IMG/VR virus record: IMGVR_UViG_3300025163_000003
Length of the DNA stretch: 64,000 nt
Reading direction: 5' to 3' (one strand)
Source: a virus
This document shows, piece after piece, positions 43,642 through 52,014 of this stretch. Position 1 is the first letter of the stretch, and every line of letters starts with the position of its first letter. The notes under the pieces were generated by a model. The model ran no database searches. It saw only the letters and a program-made list of their open reading frames with translations, and had not been told where the DNA came from. Made by a program: the position numbers and the translations under genes.

Positions 43642-45253
43642 CTAATTCTTTCATGGCCCATTCAAACTTCTTTCTTAGACTTTTTGAATATGCTTTTTCA
43701 ACAGGATAATTGTATTTCAAACAGTACTTCAGAATTCTTCTTGGGTCAATGTATGAATTGAGAGAAGTGTTCAAGTTCCATTCAGCTGTTTCCTTTGTAA
43801 CTTCATAATCAAGTCTGTACTCAACTATCTTCTCCTTAATCTTTCTTATTCGTTCAAGTAGTCTTGCTTTCTGTTTCTCTGTCTTTGCCTTCTTTAACTT
43901 TTCTTCCAATTCCTTCAACTTTTCTTCATACTTCTGTATCCTTTCTTCTTTCTTCTTTAGTCTCTCTTGAAAGTTCTTAGGTAATTTCTTCTTGTGGTTA
44001 AGTCTTTTAGCAACATCACAATTGATAAGTTTGAAGGCTGTCTTCTTCAGATATAATGGTGAGTCTTCCTTGACTTCATAAAGGGAAGTGTACTTTTCTT
44101 CTGACATTTCCCATGTCTTACCAGCTAAGTGAGTCCTGAATATCTTTGCAGTTGCATTTGGAATTACTTCTTGTAAGAACTTGGCTATCTTCTTAGAATT
44201 CAAAGAGTCAAACACTCTCTGTCCTTTAGGAGTCTTCTTCCACAGTTTGAAGAAAACTTTGTGAATATCAGAAGGAAGCTCCAACTCTCTATGCCATGGG
44301 ACAAAATCTTTCCCTATGAAGTCAAGAATAACTTTGTTTCCTTCAAACTGAATATTTTCTTTTTTGAGTGTGGTACAACCTACGTTCCCTGTTTCACCAG
44401 CTATCTTTTCATCACCAACTCTAATTCCCATTTGCTGTATCAACCATACAGCAAGACCTAATTTCTGTCTTTCTTCATCATCTGAGAGAATAGCACTCTT
44501 GATGTGTTTGTCTAATTTCTTTTGATACTTGGGAATCTTAAGAGCTAGATCCCATTTCTTCTTTGCTCGTTCTTGTCTTATAACTGAATCCATACTGAAC
44601 CAGACATACTTCCACTTTCCACTGAGAGGATCTCGCCAACGAGCTATGTATAATTTGTCTGGCTTCCATTCTACCTTCCATCTTCCATCCGGTCTCGGTG
44701 CATCAGGAGATAAGTTGAGTATGATCTCCTCTTCCTTGATCCTTCTTTTGTAGCGTCCTCTCAGTGGATGTTTTCCTTTTGAAATATATAGTCCTGGTGG
44801 CTCAACTGTCCAATTCATAATTGGTACTCTTTGTCCATCCACAATAGCATATCCATATTTCTCCTTCAATGCTTCCCTCATCTTCTTTCTATCTTCTCTT
44901 AGTTTCTTCTTCATCTCTTTAGGTAAGTTCTTCTTCAGTTCCTTCTCTTTCTGTAATGCTTCATAGACCGATGAAAAGTCAAAGTCTTCCAACTTTACTT
45001 CTTCTTCAATGTTGAGTGCTATTCTCAAATCAGACAAGAAGTTGTTGACAAAGACTTCATCTTTCATGTAGTCAGTATCAAATTTCTTGACAAATGCAAC
45101 TACCATTTCTTCTTGTTCTGGTGTAAGTTTTATTTTCTTTCCTTTGTACTTGATAGTGTATCCTTTTGGCTCATAGGGAGGGATGTAAACTCCATTGTGT
45201 ATCAGTTGTTTCATAAGATTTCCCTCAGATACTTCCAAGCAAACCAAGTACAA
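43583..45253 (-). CDS. eukaryotic-type DNA topoisomerase IB
   Basis: HNGVYIPPYEPKGYTIKYKGKKIKLTPEQEEMVVAFVKKFDTDYMKDEVFVNNFLSDLR aligns with the human TOP1 core (HKGPVFAPPYEPL...YDGKVMKLSPKAEEVATFF...KEIFRKNFFKDWR). The active-site Tyr context TSLNSYIDPR matches TSKLNYLDPR. Confidence 0.9.
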   Translation of the reverse strand: MYLVCLEVSEGNLMKQLIHNGVYIPPYEPKGYTIKYKGKKIKLTPEQEEMVVAFVKKFDTDYMKDEVFVNNFLSDLRIALNIEEEVKLEDFDFSSVYEALQKEKELKKNLPKEMKKKLREDRKKMREALKEKYGYAIVDGQRVPIMNWTVEPPGLYISKGKHPLRGRYKRRIKEEEIILNLSPDAPRPDGRWKVEWKPDKLYIARWRDPLSGKWKYVWFSMDSVIRQERAKKKWDLALKIPKYQKKLDKHIKSAILSDDEERQKLGLAVWLIQQMGIRVGDEKIAGETGNVGCTTLKKENIQFEGNKVILDFIGKDFVPWHRELELPSDIHKVFFKLWKKTPKGQRVFDSLNSKKIAKFLQEVIPNATAKIFRTHLAGKTWEMSEEKYTSLYEVKEDSPLYLKKTAFKLINCDVAKRLNHKKKLPKNFQERLKKKEERIQKYEEKLKELEEKLKKAKTEKQKARLLERIRKIKEKIVEYRLDYEVTKETAEWNLNTSLNSYIDPRRILKYCLKYNYPVEKAYSKSLRKKFEWAMKELGVFDGEVQRKQDDTTRTKT

Positions 45254-45405
45254 ATACTACCAACAGTGAAAGACAGGACTCCTAATATAAGTTTTGTAAT
45301 CACTGACAATTTACAAATACAGATCACACAAGACAAGACAAGAAGATCTAAACCAGTAAGGAGAAGAAGTGCAACAAAAGCAAAGAACAGAAGTTCTCTT
45401 ATCAT
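45211..45405 (-). CDS. small membrane protein
   Basis: 64 aa, two hydrophobic helices; overlaps the topoisomerase 5' end. Confidence 0.25.
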   Translation of the reverse strand: MIRELLFFAFVALLLLTGLDLLVLSCVICICKLSVITKLILGVLSFTVGSICTWFAWKYLREIL

Positions 45406-45785
45406 CTTACTGCCTCATAGAGAACAGCTAGTGATTCAAATTTCTCTCTGTCTTGAGGCTTCATTACCTTTAGAACTTCATCCTTGAAGAAATGCCAGTA
45501 CTCCAAGAACTGAGGAGTGAAACAAACTTCATCTTCTTCAAGAGTAGACATTTCTACTCGTTGAAAGAACTTCAAACGAAGATTAGAAGAAAAGTCCAAG
45601 AAGACTCTAGACTTACTCAATACAATAGAAACTGTATAAGTACGTGTTTGCTTCAAGGTCATAGTGAAAAGTTCATGTTCAGACAAGTCCTGTTGTTTCT
45701 CTTTCAGATAAGTAACTGTTTCAGGAGGAATTTCAATTAAGACAGGAAGACCATAGAAGGCATGATAAACTCTCACTTCTTCCAC
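45402..45785 (-). CDS. hypothetical protein
   Basis: 127 aa. Confidence 0.3.
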   Translation of the reverse strand: MEEVRVYHAFYGLPVLIEIPPETVTYLKEKQQDLSEHELFTMTLKQTRTYTVSIVLSKSRVFLDFSSNLRLKFFQRVEMSTLEEDEVCFTPQFLEYWHFFKDEVLKVMKPQDREKFESLAVLYEAVR

Positions 45786-46165
45786 CGTTCAGCTCTTCTC
45801 CTATGAACTTCACGTTCAAGAATCTTACCAAACAAGTTCTCCTTACGGGGTATCCACTTAAGTTCTACCTCAAGATTTCTAGTCTTCATTACAATTCTAC
45901 ACCAAGAAGCAATTCGTTTAAGATCTTCATCTTTCACTTTATATCTTCCATTGAACTGATTAACTACAAGTTGAGAGTCAGAAAAGATTTGTATTCTTGA
46001 ATTGACAGGAGCATGAAGAAGACATATGAATAGAGCAAGCCATTCTGCTTGGTTGTTAGTGAGAGGTTGATCAACTTCAATGTGAGTGTCAACTATTTTC
46101 TTGTTCTTGACTTCACAGAAACCATATAGGCCAAGTGAAGAACCATCTATATGATATACTTTCAT
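45773..46165 (-). CDS. rnhA: ribonuclease H (type 1)
   Basis: Catalytic D in HIDGSS, E in NNQAEWLAL, D in IFSDSQLV, and a C-terminal WIPRKEN motif. Confidence 0.8.
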   Translation of the reverse strand: MKVYHIDGSSLGLYGFCEVKNKKIVDTHIEVDQPLTNNQAEWLALFICLLHAPVNSRIQIFSDSQLVVNQFNGRYKVKDEDLKRIASWCRIVMKTRNLEVELKWIPRKENLFGKILEREVHRRRAERWKK

Positions 46166-46353
46166 TTCTTCTTCCTCTTCTTTATTGGCACTTTGTCTTC
46201 ATGAAAAGGAAGACATTCTTCACACACCCAACAATGACAGGAAAGACAATAAGTCAGTTCTTCTTCAGGGAAGTATTCACCACAATAGTCACACATTCGG
46301 TATCCTTCTTTAGGTTCCTTCTTCCTTTTGAACAGCTTTCTAAAGAATTTCAT
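46162..46353 (-). CDS. small Zn-ribbon protein
   Basis: CDYCGEYF...CLSCHCWVCEEC. Confidence 0.4.
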   Translation of the reverse strand: MKFFRKLFKRKKEPKEGYRMCDYCGEYFPEEELTYCLSCHCWVCEECLPFHEDKVPIKKRKKK

Positions 46354-46354
46354 G

Positions 46355-46531
46355 TTAGTCCTTCCTTGACGGATTAAGTTCTCCTTTCAACATTTCAAAG
46401 TAGGCTAGAGCAGCTTCATATATCTTTAACTCTTTCTCTATCTCCTTCTTCCGTCTCTTCAATGCTTTAATCTCTTGCTTACAGAGTGAAATTAGAAAGT
46501 CAAGTTCTTTTCTTGACAGTGTCAACTTCAT
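46355..46531 (-). CDS. unlisted 58-aa coiled-coil protein
   Basis: MKLTLSRKELDFLISLCKQEIKALKRRKKEIEKELKIYEAALAYFEMLKGELNPSRKD. Its ATG overlaps the upstream stop (ATGA) and its stop abuts the next ATG; it fills a 150-bp gap. Confidence 0.35.
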   Translation of the reverse strand: MKLTLSRKELDFLISLCKQEIKALKRRKKEIEKELKIYEAALAYFEMLKGELNPSRKD

Positions 46532-46986
46532 TGTAACTTCTTCCTCAACAGGTAAGTGTAAATAAGTTCTTTCTCTTTCTTAAATCCTAGCTTCTCATAG
46601 AACTTTAATGCTTCAGTATTGTCTTTCTTGACTTCAAGAATTATTTCTTTGCCATTGTTGAGAAGAATTAAAGACATCAAGTACTTCATCATTCTCTTGC
46701 CAAAACCTTGTCTCTGATAACTGTCTGCTACTACAAGACCAGAAACTTCCCATGTCTCATCATCTATACGCGTCAACTTGCCACAAGCAATTATTTTCTT
46801 GTCTGTCAATAGTAAGATAAGTTGTTCATCTGGAAGACATTTCTTCAAATTAGAGTGAATGGTTTTGGGATCTATTCCAGACAGTGAGAGTCTCTTTCTG
46901 GTATCCTCAGACAATGACTCTACAAACTCAAGCAGTTTACGAGAAAAGCGACTGTTATACTTACGAAACTTGAACTTCAAGTTCAT
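46528..46986 (-). CDS. GNAT-family N-acetyltransferase
   Basis: VVADSYQRQGFGKRMMKYLMS and ALKFYEKLGFK. Confidence 0.75.
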   Translation of the reverse strand: MNLKFKFRKYNSRFSRKLLEFVESLSEDTRKRLSLSGIDPKTIHSNLKKCLPDEQLILLLTDKKIIACGKLTRIDDETWEVSGLVVADSYQRQGFGKRMMKYLMSLILLNNGKEIILEVKKDNTEALKFYEKLGFKKEKELIYTYLLRKKLQ

Positions 46987-47180
46987 TACCTCTTGGATGG
47001 AGATCTACTTCTTCTCCCTGTTGCTTCAAGTAGAAGTCTGATAGCTTCTTCCAACTTCTTCAGTTCTGTTTCTGGAATAACTTTGTCTTTGAAGGTAATC
47101 CAAATTGTAAGTTTCTCTGATGAACCTTCTTTTATTTCAACTTCCCAGTATTCTGTTCTCATCTGAAATTCAGATGCCAA
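46986..47180 (-). CDS. hypothetical protein
   Basis: 64 aa. Confidence 0.25.
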   Translation of the reverse strand: MASEFQMRTEYWEVEIKEGSSEKLTIWITFKDKVIPETELKKLEEAIRLLLEATGRRSRSPSKR

Positions 47181-48168
47181 TATCTTTCACCTCTATAGCC
47201 AATATCTTTACATTTCCTTCTGGAAATAAAGATTGTGTCTCTTCAATACGTTTAGGTGTAAGTTCAGAAGGTTTCTCTATAAGAATTATCTTGAATGAAT
47301 TTGTCAGGAGTGCTATTTCTTTTATCTTGTCTCTTGTCTTCTCAAAGTCAGCTATGTCCATGTCAGAAATGATGATGACATTAGCATCCTTGTATTCTTT
47401 GTCAGTAAAGAGGTCAAGTGCTTTAGAGAGAACTGTTCCTCCATTCCACACACCAAGTTCTCTCTTAGCTTCTGCTGTTGTGAAGAAATCTTTAATTCTT
47501 TTCTGAGGAATTCTTACTGCTGTGTCAGTGAAGAGAGCAAGGTAGAAATCAAAGTTGTTTGCTTTACAGATTTTCCATGTCTCTTCTGCTAGTAACAATG
47601 CCTTTCCTATTTTTCCCTTAGAAGTGTTCTGTCCTGAACCATAGAACATTGAACCAGAAGTATCCAAGATACAAATGATTTTAATTCCTTTCAGACGTTC
47701 TACTGATCTTCCTTTAGTGTAACCATACACTCTTTTCTGAAGAGTAACTCCAGGAATAAGACGTAAGTCTTCTAGTCCCATTGACTTTACTTCTGAAGAA
47801 GGAAGATCTATGTCCTTGAAAGAATCCCCCATTCTCCAAGGTTCAGTAGAAACTTGATACTTCTCACCTGCTACTCTTTTAAGTTCACGACTTACTCTCA
47901 AGTTTTCTTTAATGAACTTTCTAACTATCCTACGTTCCATGGCACTTTCCCATTCTGCTTTATCAACTTCAATTCCTAACTGATGAAGTTCTTCTAGAGA
48001 AGCTCCTTGTGATGCTTCTAATATCTTGTCCAAGACATCTGGATTTCCTTTTATCTTCATACCTTTTGCTTTACTTTCTGCATCTGGTTTAAGAGAACCT
48101 AATGGTTTGGGTATTACTTCTGTCTCTATTTCATAACCACATTTTGAACATCTGACTCTAATCTTCAT
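47170..48168 (-). CDS. von Willebrand factor type A (vWA) domain protein with N-terminal Zn ribbon
   Basis: RCSKCGYEIE at the N-terminus; MIDAS DxSxS motif ICILDTSGSMF. Confidence 0.8.
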   Translation of the reverse strand: MKIRVRCSKCGYEIETEVIPKPLGSLKPDAESKAKGMKIKGNPDVLDKILEASQGASLEELHQLGIEVDKAEWESAMERRIVRKFIKENLRVSRELKRVAGEKYQVSTEPWRMGDSFKDIDLPSSEVKSMGLEDLRLIPGVTLQKRVYGYTKGRSVERLKGIKIICILDTSGSMFYGSGQNTSKGKIGKALLLAEETWKICKANNFDFYLALFTDTAVRIPQKRIKDFFTTAEAKRELGVWNGGTVLSKALDLFTDKEYKDANVIIISDMDIADFEKTRDKIKEIALLTNSFKIILIEKPSELTPKRIEETQSLFPEGNVKILAIEVKDIGI

Positions 48169-48356
48169 GAGTTAATATCACCTTCTCTCTTGGAAGGATT
48201 CTTGATGGTTACTTTAACTTCTTTCATTTCAGTTGCTTCTCCTTTAACTGGTACAACCATGTTTGAACCACAATATGGACAAGAAGGTTCTTTCTGTCCC
48301 AAGAACATCCTTCCACACAACATACAGAGAAACAATTTCACTTCACTTTCACCCAC
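48165..48356 (-). CDS. small Zn-ribbon protein
   Basis: CMLCG...CPYCG. Confidence 0.35.
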   Translation of the reverse strand: MGESEVKLFLCMLCGRMFLGQKEPSCPYCGSNMVVPVKGEATEMKEVKVTIKNPSKREGDINS

Positions 48357-49225
48357 TTGCCAGTCTTAGGATCTTCATAAGCAACTATTTCCCATTCATC
48401 ATTTCCACATTTTGGACATTTAGGTGATCCTTCTCCTTCTTGTTCTTTCTTCTTCATTTCTTCAATGTCTTGTAGAATGTTCTCATGAAACAGTTTGCAC
48501 ATTTCCTTGAGAGCTAGGACAGTTGAAATTTTTCCTTCACGACATAAAGTAACAAGTTCAGCTATCTTCACAGCTTTCTCTTTAGACTTTTCATCTTTCA
48601 GTGGTACTTCAGGAAGAGTAGGATCTAGAATGGGATAGACAGAAAGATAGAGCATGAAAGTAGTATCTCTTTTAGCAGCCTTTTCTTTCTCATAGAAAGT
48701 TCCATCATTGTAGAGGAATAGCCACAATGTGTCCCAGAGTGAAGGATGCATGTCTCTAATATGTAGATTGACCAAGTAGTCTCCTAGAATGTTCTGAACA
48801 AATTGTATTTCTTTAACAGTGTATTCAAAACCTGACCAGTCTTCTATCTTGTACCACAATGTCTCCTTCTTTATTTTCGGTTTGAAGTGTAACTCTTCAG
48901 CTAGCATCCTTCTAGCTTCAAATACTTCTCTAATGCCTCTGAACAAATCAACTGGATATATTACCCAGTGATAGGCTTCATGGAACATTATAACATCAGA
49001 GAATTCTCTGCCTCTGAAGTAAGGTGTCTGAAAGAATATTTCACCAACAGTTGAGTAATAGCTTTCTACAAATGAGATCTTGAAGTGAAACCTCATCCTT
49101 GGAGTCATCGGTCTAGAGGTCTTCCACACTTTAATGAGACTCTGTTCAAATATTGACCTAACTTCATCAACTGTGTCTTTCGTGATGATCTTCTTTACTG
49201 AACCCTTCAAACTCTGTTTGGACAT
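48338..49225 (-). CDS. HExxH putative Zn-metallopeptidase-like protein (resembles vWA-associated peptidases) with C-terminal Zn ribbon
   Basis: IMFHEAYHWVIYP (HExxH) and C-terminal CPKCGNDEWEIVAYEDPKTGKWVKVK. Confidence 0.5.
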   Translation of the reverse strand: MSKQSLKGSVKKIITKDTVDEVRSIFEQSLIKVWKTSRPMTPRMRFHFKISFVESYYSTVGEIFFQTPYFRGREFSDVIMFHEAYHWVIYPVDLFRGIREVFEARRMLAEELHFKPKIKKETLWYKIEDWSGFEYTVKEIQFVQNILGDYLVNLHIRDMHPSLWDTLWLFLYNDGTFYEKEKAAKRDTTFMLYLSVYPILDPTLPEVPLKDEKSKEKAVKIAELVTLCREGKISTVLALKEMCKLFHENILQDIEEMKKKEQEGEGSPKCPKCGNDEWEIVAYEDPKTGKWVKVK

Positions 49226-49229
49226 GTGG

Positions 49230-49706
49230 CTATTCCTCTAATATTCCCAAATCTAATTCATCCAACACTTGAAAGACACTCTTTCTCACTCTAGTCTTAA
49301 TGTTGAATTTTTTCTTGAAGTATTCTATGAAGATGATGATTCTTTCCATTGGTGTCTTTTCTTGTCCTTCTTCTTCATTGAATATGACATGTCCTCTATA
49401 GACATAGAAACCAGCATCACCAAAAATGTCTAAAGATTTCTCTGCTCTCAAAATTGTCTTGAACTGATACAAGTCAAGTGAACGTTCTTTTGGTCCTCTA
49501 TGAGCATCTACTTTCTCCAACCAAGTCTTGAAGTGTTGGAACAGTTCACCATTGTTCTCAATTGGAATTCTGTATCCTTTTATTCCTTTGTCAGTTTCAT
49601 ATGCATAAGCTCTAAACTCTATACCTTTCACTGTGAGAAGAGTCTCTTCTTCCTTGACTACTTTGTGAGAGAAGACTTTAGGGTATGCTACTTGCTTTTG
49701 TGACAA
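49230..49706 (-). CDS. hypothetical protein
   Basis: 158 aa. Confidence 0.3.
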   Translation of the reverse strand: MSQKQVAYPKVFSHKVVKEEETLLTVKGIEFRAYAYETDKGIKGYRIPIENNGELFQHFKTWLEKVDAHRGPKERSLDLYQFKTILRAEKSLDIFGDAGFYVYRGHVIFNEEEGQEKTPMERIIIFIEYFKKKFNIKTRVRKSVFQVLDELDLGILEE

Positions 49707-51342
49707 GTCCTCTCTCCTCCAATTTTCTCTTTAACTCTTCTTTCAACTTGGTAGTCATAGCTGTTACTCTGACTAGACCATCTTCCTCTTCAAGAATAAC
49801 TAAGTCTGTCAACAGACTAATTTCTTTCTCAAATCTCATCTTCAAGAAAGCAAGGTCTTCTATCTCTGCATTTTGTTCTTGATGGAAGGAATGAATAACT
49901 TCAGCAAATACATCAATAGCAGTAGGTTCAACAGTCACATAGAAAGTGAAATTGGGATTGTCTTTAGTTGCCTCTGAAAGGACTTCTGACTTGTCTATTA
50001 CAGGCAGACCAGACATGTTCAAGAACTCATTAACTTCTTTCAAGTTGTTCCATTTCTTTTCTTGTATCATCTTCAAGTACTTTTTCTTGACTAAGTCTTT
50101 AACAGAATTGATTGTGTCTTCACAGAATTTGTATAGAGCATATATTTCTCGTGTTTCTGACAGGAGAGAACTTACTTCCTCTTCATTGAAGTGAGGTGGA
50201 TCACTTCTAGCATCTTCAACTATGGCATTCAATGTCAGGAAGATACCTCTGTTCTTCCAAGCTAACATGTCATCATTAAACTGTTGAACTAAGTCTTTTA
50301 CACTTTCAAGACTTTCAAATATTGTCTTTTCTTCACCTATCCAGACAAGACGATGAGGAAGAGTGAATGGAATTGCTTCATTTATCTCTTCAAATCCAAC
50401 TTGTCTCTTTCCTGCATACCATGCTAGAGCTTTAGCTAACAGAACAGTTGCTCTTAGAAATCTTGGTTTAGAGAGTGCTACTTTGGAACAGAGGTGTTGT
50501 TTCTCGTTACATTCTGCACATGTCTTCTGAAGTTTAGCTGCTGAGACATCAAACTTAGACTTGTAATGTTTACAGAGAGAAAGACAATTGGTGAAAAGTG
50601 TCAACCAGACTACTATTTTACTTGGTACCTCAATACCCATTATTTCTTTCCGTATCTCTTCATACTCTTTCCAAGTGATTATCTGTTTAAGAGGTCTCTC
50701 TTTTCTACCACAAGTAGCAAACTTATGAACCATCTTCTCTGATGCAACAGAATCTGCTTGAAAGACTGGTACTACAACGTCAATTCTGTCCAATGTAGCT
50801 AAGTTCTTTTCTTCCACTTGACCAGCATACCATTCTGTCAATGGATTTGTTAGAAATGTGTAGGTCTTAGTTAGAACATCTAAACCAGCATAAGTTCGTT
50901 CTTCTAACAACTGATGAAGTTTAGCTCTATATTTGTTGTTCCAGAGGAAGAATTCATCTATAATAATGTGATCTCTTTCCATCAATTCTCCTCTTCTCAT
51001 CTGTACTATGTTCTTCTCTCTGAAGACAGCTGGATCTATGTAAGCTATCATTGACTCATCTACTTCTGAAGAAGTAACAATTCTGTAATCAAGACCAGTT
51101 GTTATTGACCAGACTCTGGCTAAAGCAGATTTAGCTACTGCATGTTCTCCTATCAACATTATAGTCAAGTCAACAGCTTTTGAGAGACAGAAGATCTTGA
51201 TGACTTCATCCATGCCATAAAGTGTCTTCTTGATTTCTCTTATCTGTTCTTTTAATTTCTCTCTCAACTGCATTCTTTTCCCTACTTCTTTCTTGCTAGG
51301 AGACTTTTCTAAAATTTTCGTTGACATGGTATCACTCTCCAA
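49678..51342 (-). CDS. MoxR-like AAA+ ATPase
   Basis: Walker A of MoxR type (GxxxxAK[ST]) in IMLIGEHAVAKSALAR; Walker B HIIIDEFFLWNNKYRAKLHQLLEER. Confidence 0.55.
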   Translation of the reverse strand: MESDTMSTKILEKSPSKKEVGKRMQLREKLKEQIREIKKTLYGMDEVIKIFCLSKAVDLTIMLIGEHAVAKSALARVWSITTGLDYRIVTSSEVDESMIAYIDPAVFREKNIVQMRRGELMERDHIIIDEFFLWNNKYRAKLHQLLEERTYAGLDVLTKTYTFLTNPLTEWYAGQVEEKNLATLDRIDVVVPVFQADSVASEKMVHKFATCGRKERPLKQIITWKEYEEIRKEIMGIEVPSKIVVWLTLFTNCLSLCKHYKSKFDVSAAKLQKTCAECNEKQHLCSKVALSKPRFLRATVLLAKALAWYAGKRQVGFEEINEAIPFTLPHRLVWIGEEKTIFESLESVKDLVQQFNDDMLAWKNRGIFLTLNAIVEDARSDPPHFNEEEVSSLLSETREIYALYKFCEDTINSVKDLVKKKYLKMIQEKKWNNLKEVNEFLNMSGLPVIDKSEVLSEATKDNPNFTFYVTVEPTAIDVFAEVIHSFHQEQNAEIEDLAFLKMRFEKEISLLTDLVILEEEDGLVRVTAMTTKLKEELKRKLEERGLVTKASSIP

Positions 51343-51655
51343 GTATTTCTTCTAAAACAAGAACTGTTTGAAGTTTCTGTTTGTCAGCTTTGGTTAGACT
51401 GACAGTCTCAATTTCCTTCACGAAGACACTTCCCTTCAACTTGTTTCCAAATTCTTCCAATTTCTTTACAAGAGTCGTAACAGAAATAGGTTTCATGTTG
51501 TAGAGTTCTAAGATGTAACTACCCATTGAAAGAGAGAAATTGATTTTGGAAGGATGGAATTCCAGAATAACAAAATCTAACAATTTAGGAACTGGAACAC
51601 GATACAGATCAAGTTTAAGAATCACATCCATCCTTCCTTCCATCCATCCTTTCAA
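51332..51655 (-). CDS. hypothetical protein
   Basis: 107 aa. Confidence 0.3.
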   Translation of the reverse strand: MKGWMEGRMDVILKLDLYRVPVPKLLDFVILEFHPSKINFSLSMGSYILELYNMKPISVTTLVKKLEEFGNKLKGSVFVKEIETVSLTKADKQKLQTVLVLEEILGE

Positions 51656-51803
51656 TGACTACATTGAGAACAAGTTCTTTGGGTACTATGTTTCCTAATG
51701 CTCTGTCCAAGTATTCAAGGACTTCTTCAAGAGTATCACAACAAGTTATTATTGGTTCTTTGTCTTGTCCTGTTCTTGTCAAAACAATTATCACTCTATA
51801 CAT
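51615..51803 (-). CDS. hypothetical protein
   Basis: 62 aa. Confidence 0.25.
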   Translation of the reverse strand: MYRVIIVLTRTGQDKEPIITCCDTLEEVLEYLDRALGNIVPKELVLNVVIERMDGRKDGCDS

Positions 51804-52014
51804 ACTTCACCCGATTAAGTCTAGCTTCTAATTCTGCCACTCGTCTTTCTAAGTCTCTTAATCTTCTAAGAATTTCTTCCAACTTAGAGTAAGGATCATA
51901 GAGAGGAACTCTTGACACTTGAAACTCTTCTCTCAATGGATAGCCACAATTAGGACAGACTGGTACAGTCCCTTCCATTTCCCAACCACATCTAGGACAT
52001 TTCACTCTTTTCAC
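51796..52014 (-). CDS. Zn-ribbon + coiled-coil protein
   Basis: CPRCGWEMEGTVPVCPNCGYPL followed by LEEILRRLRDLERRVAELEARL. Confidence 0.4.
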   Translation of the reverse strand: MKRVKCPRCGWEMEGTVPVCPNCGYPLREEFQVSRVPLYDPYSKLEEILRRLRDLERRVAELEARLNRVKYV

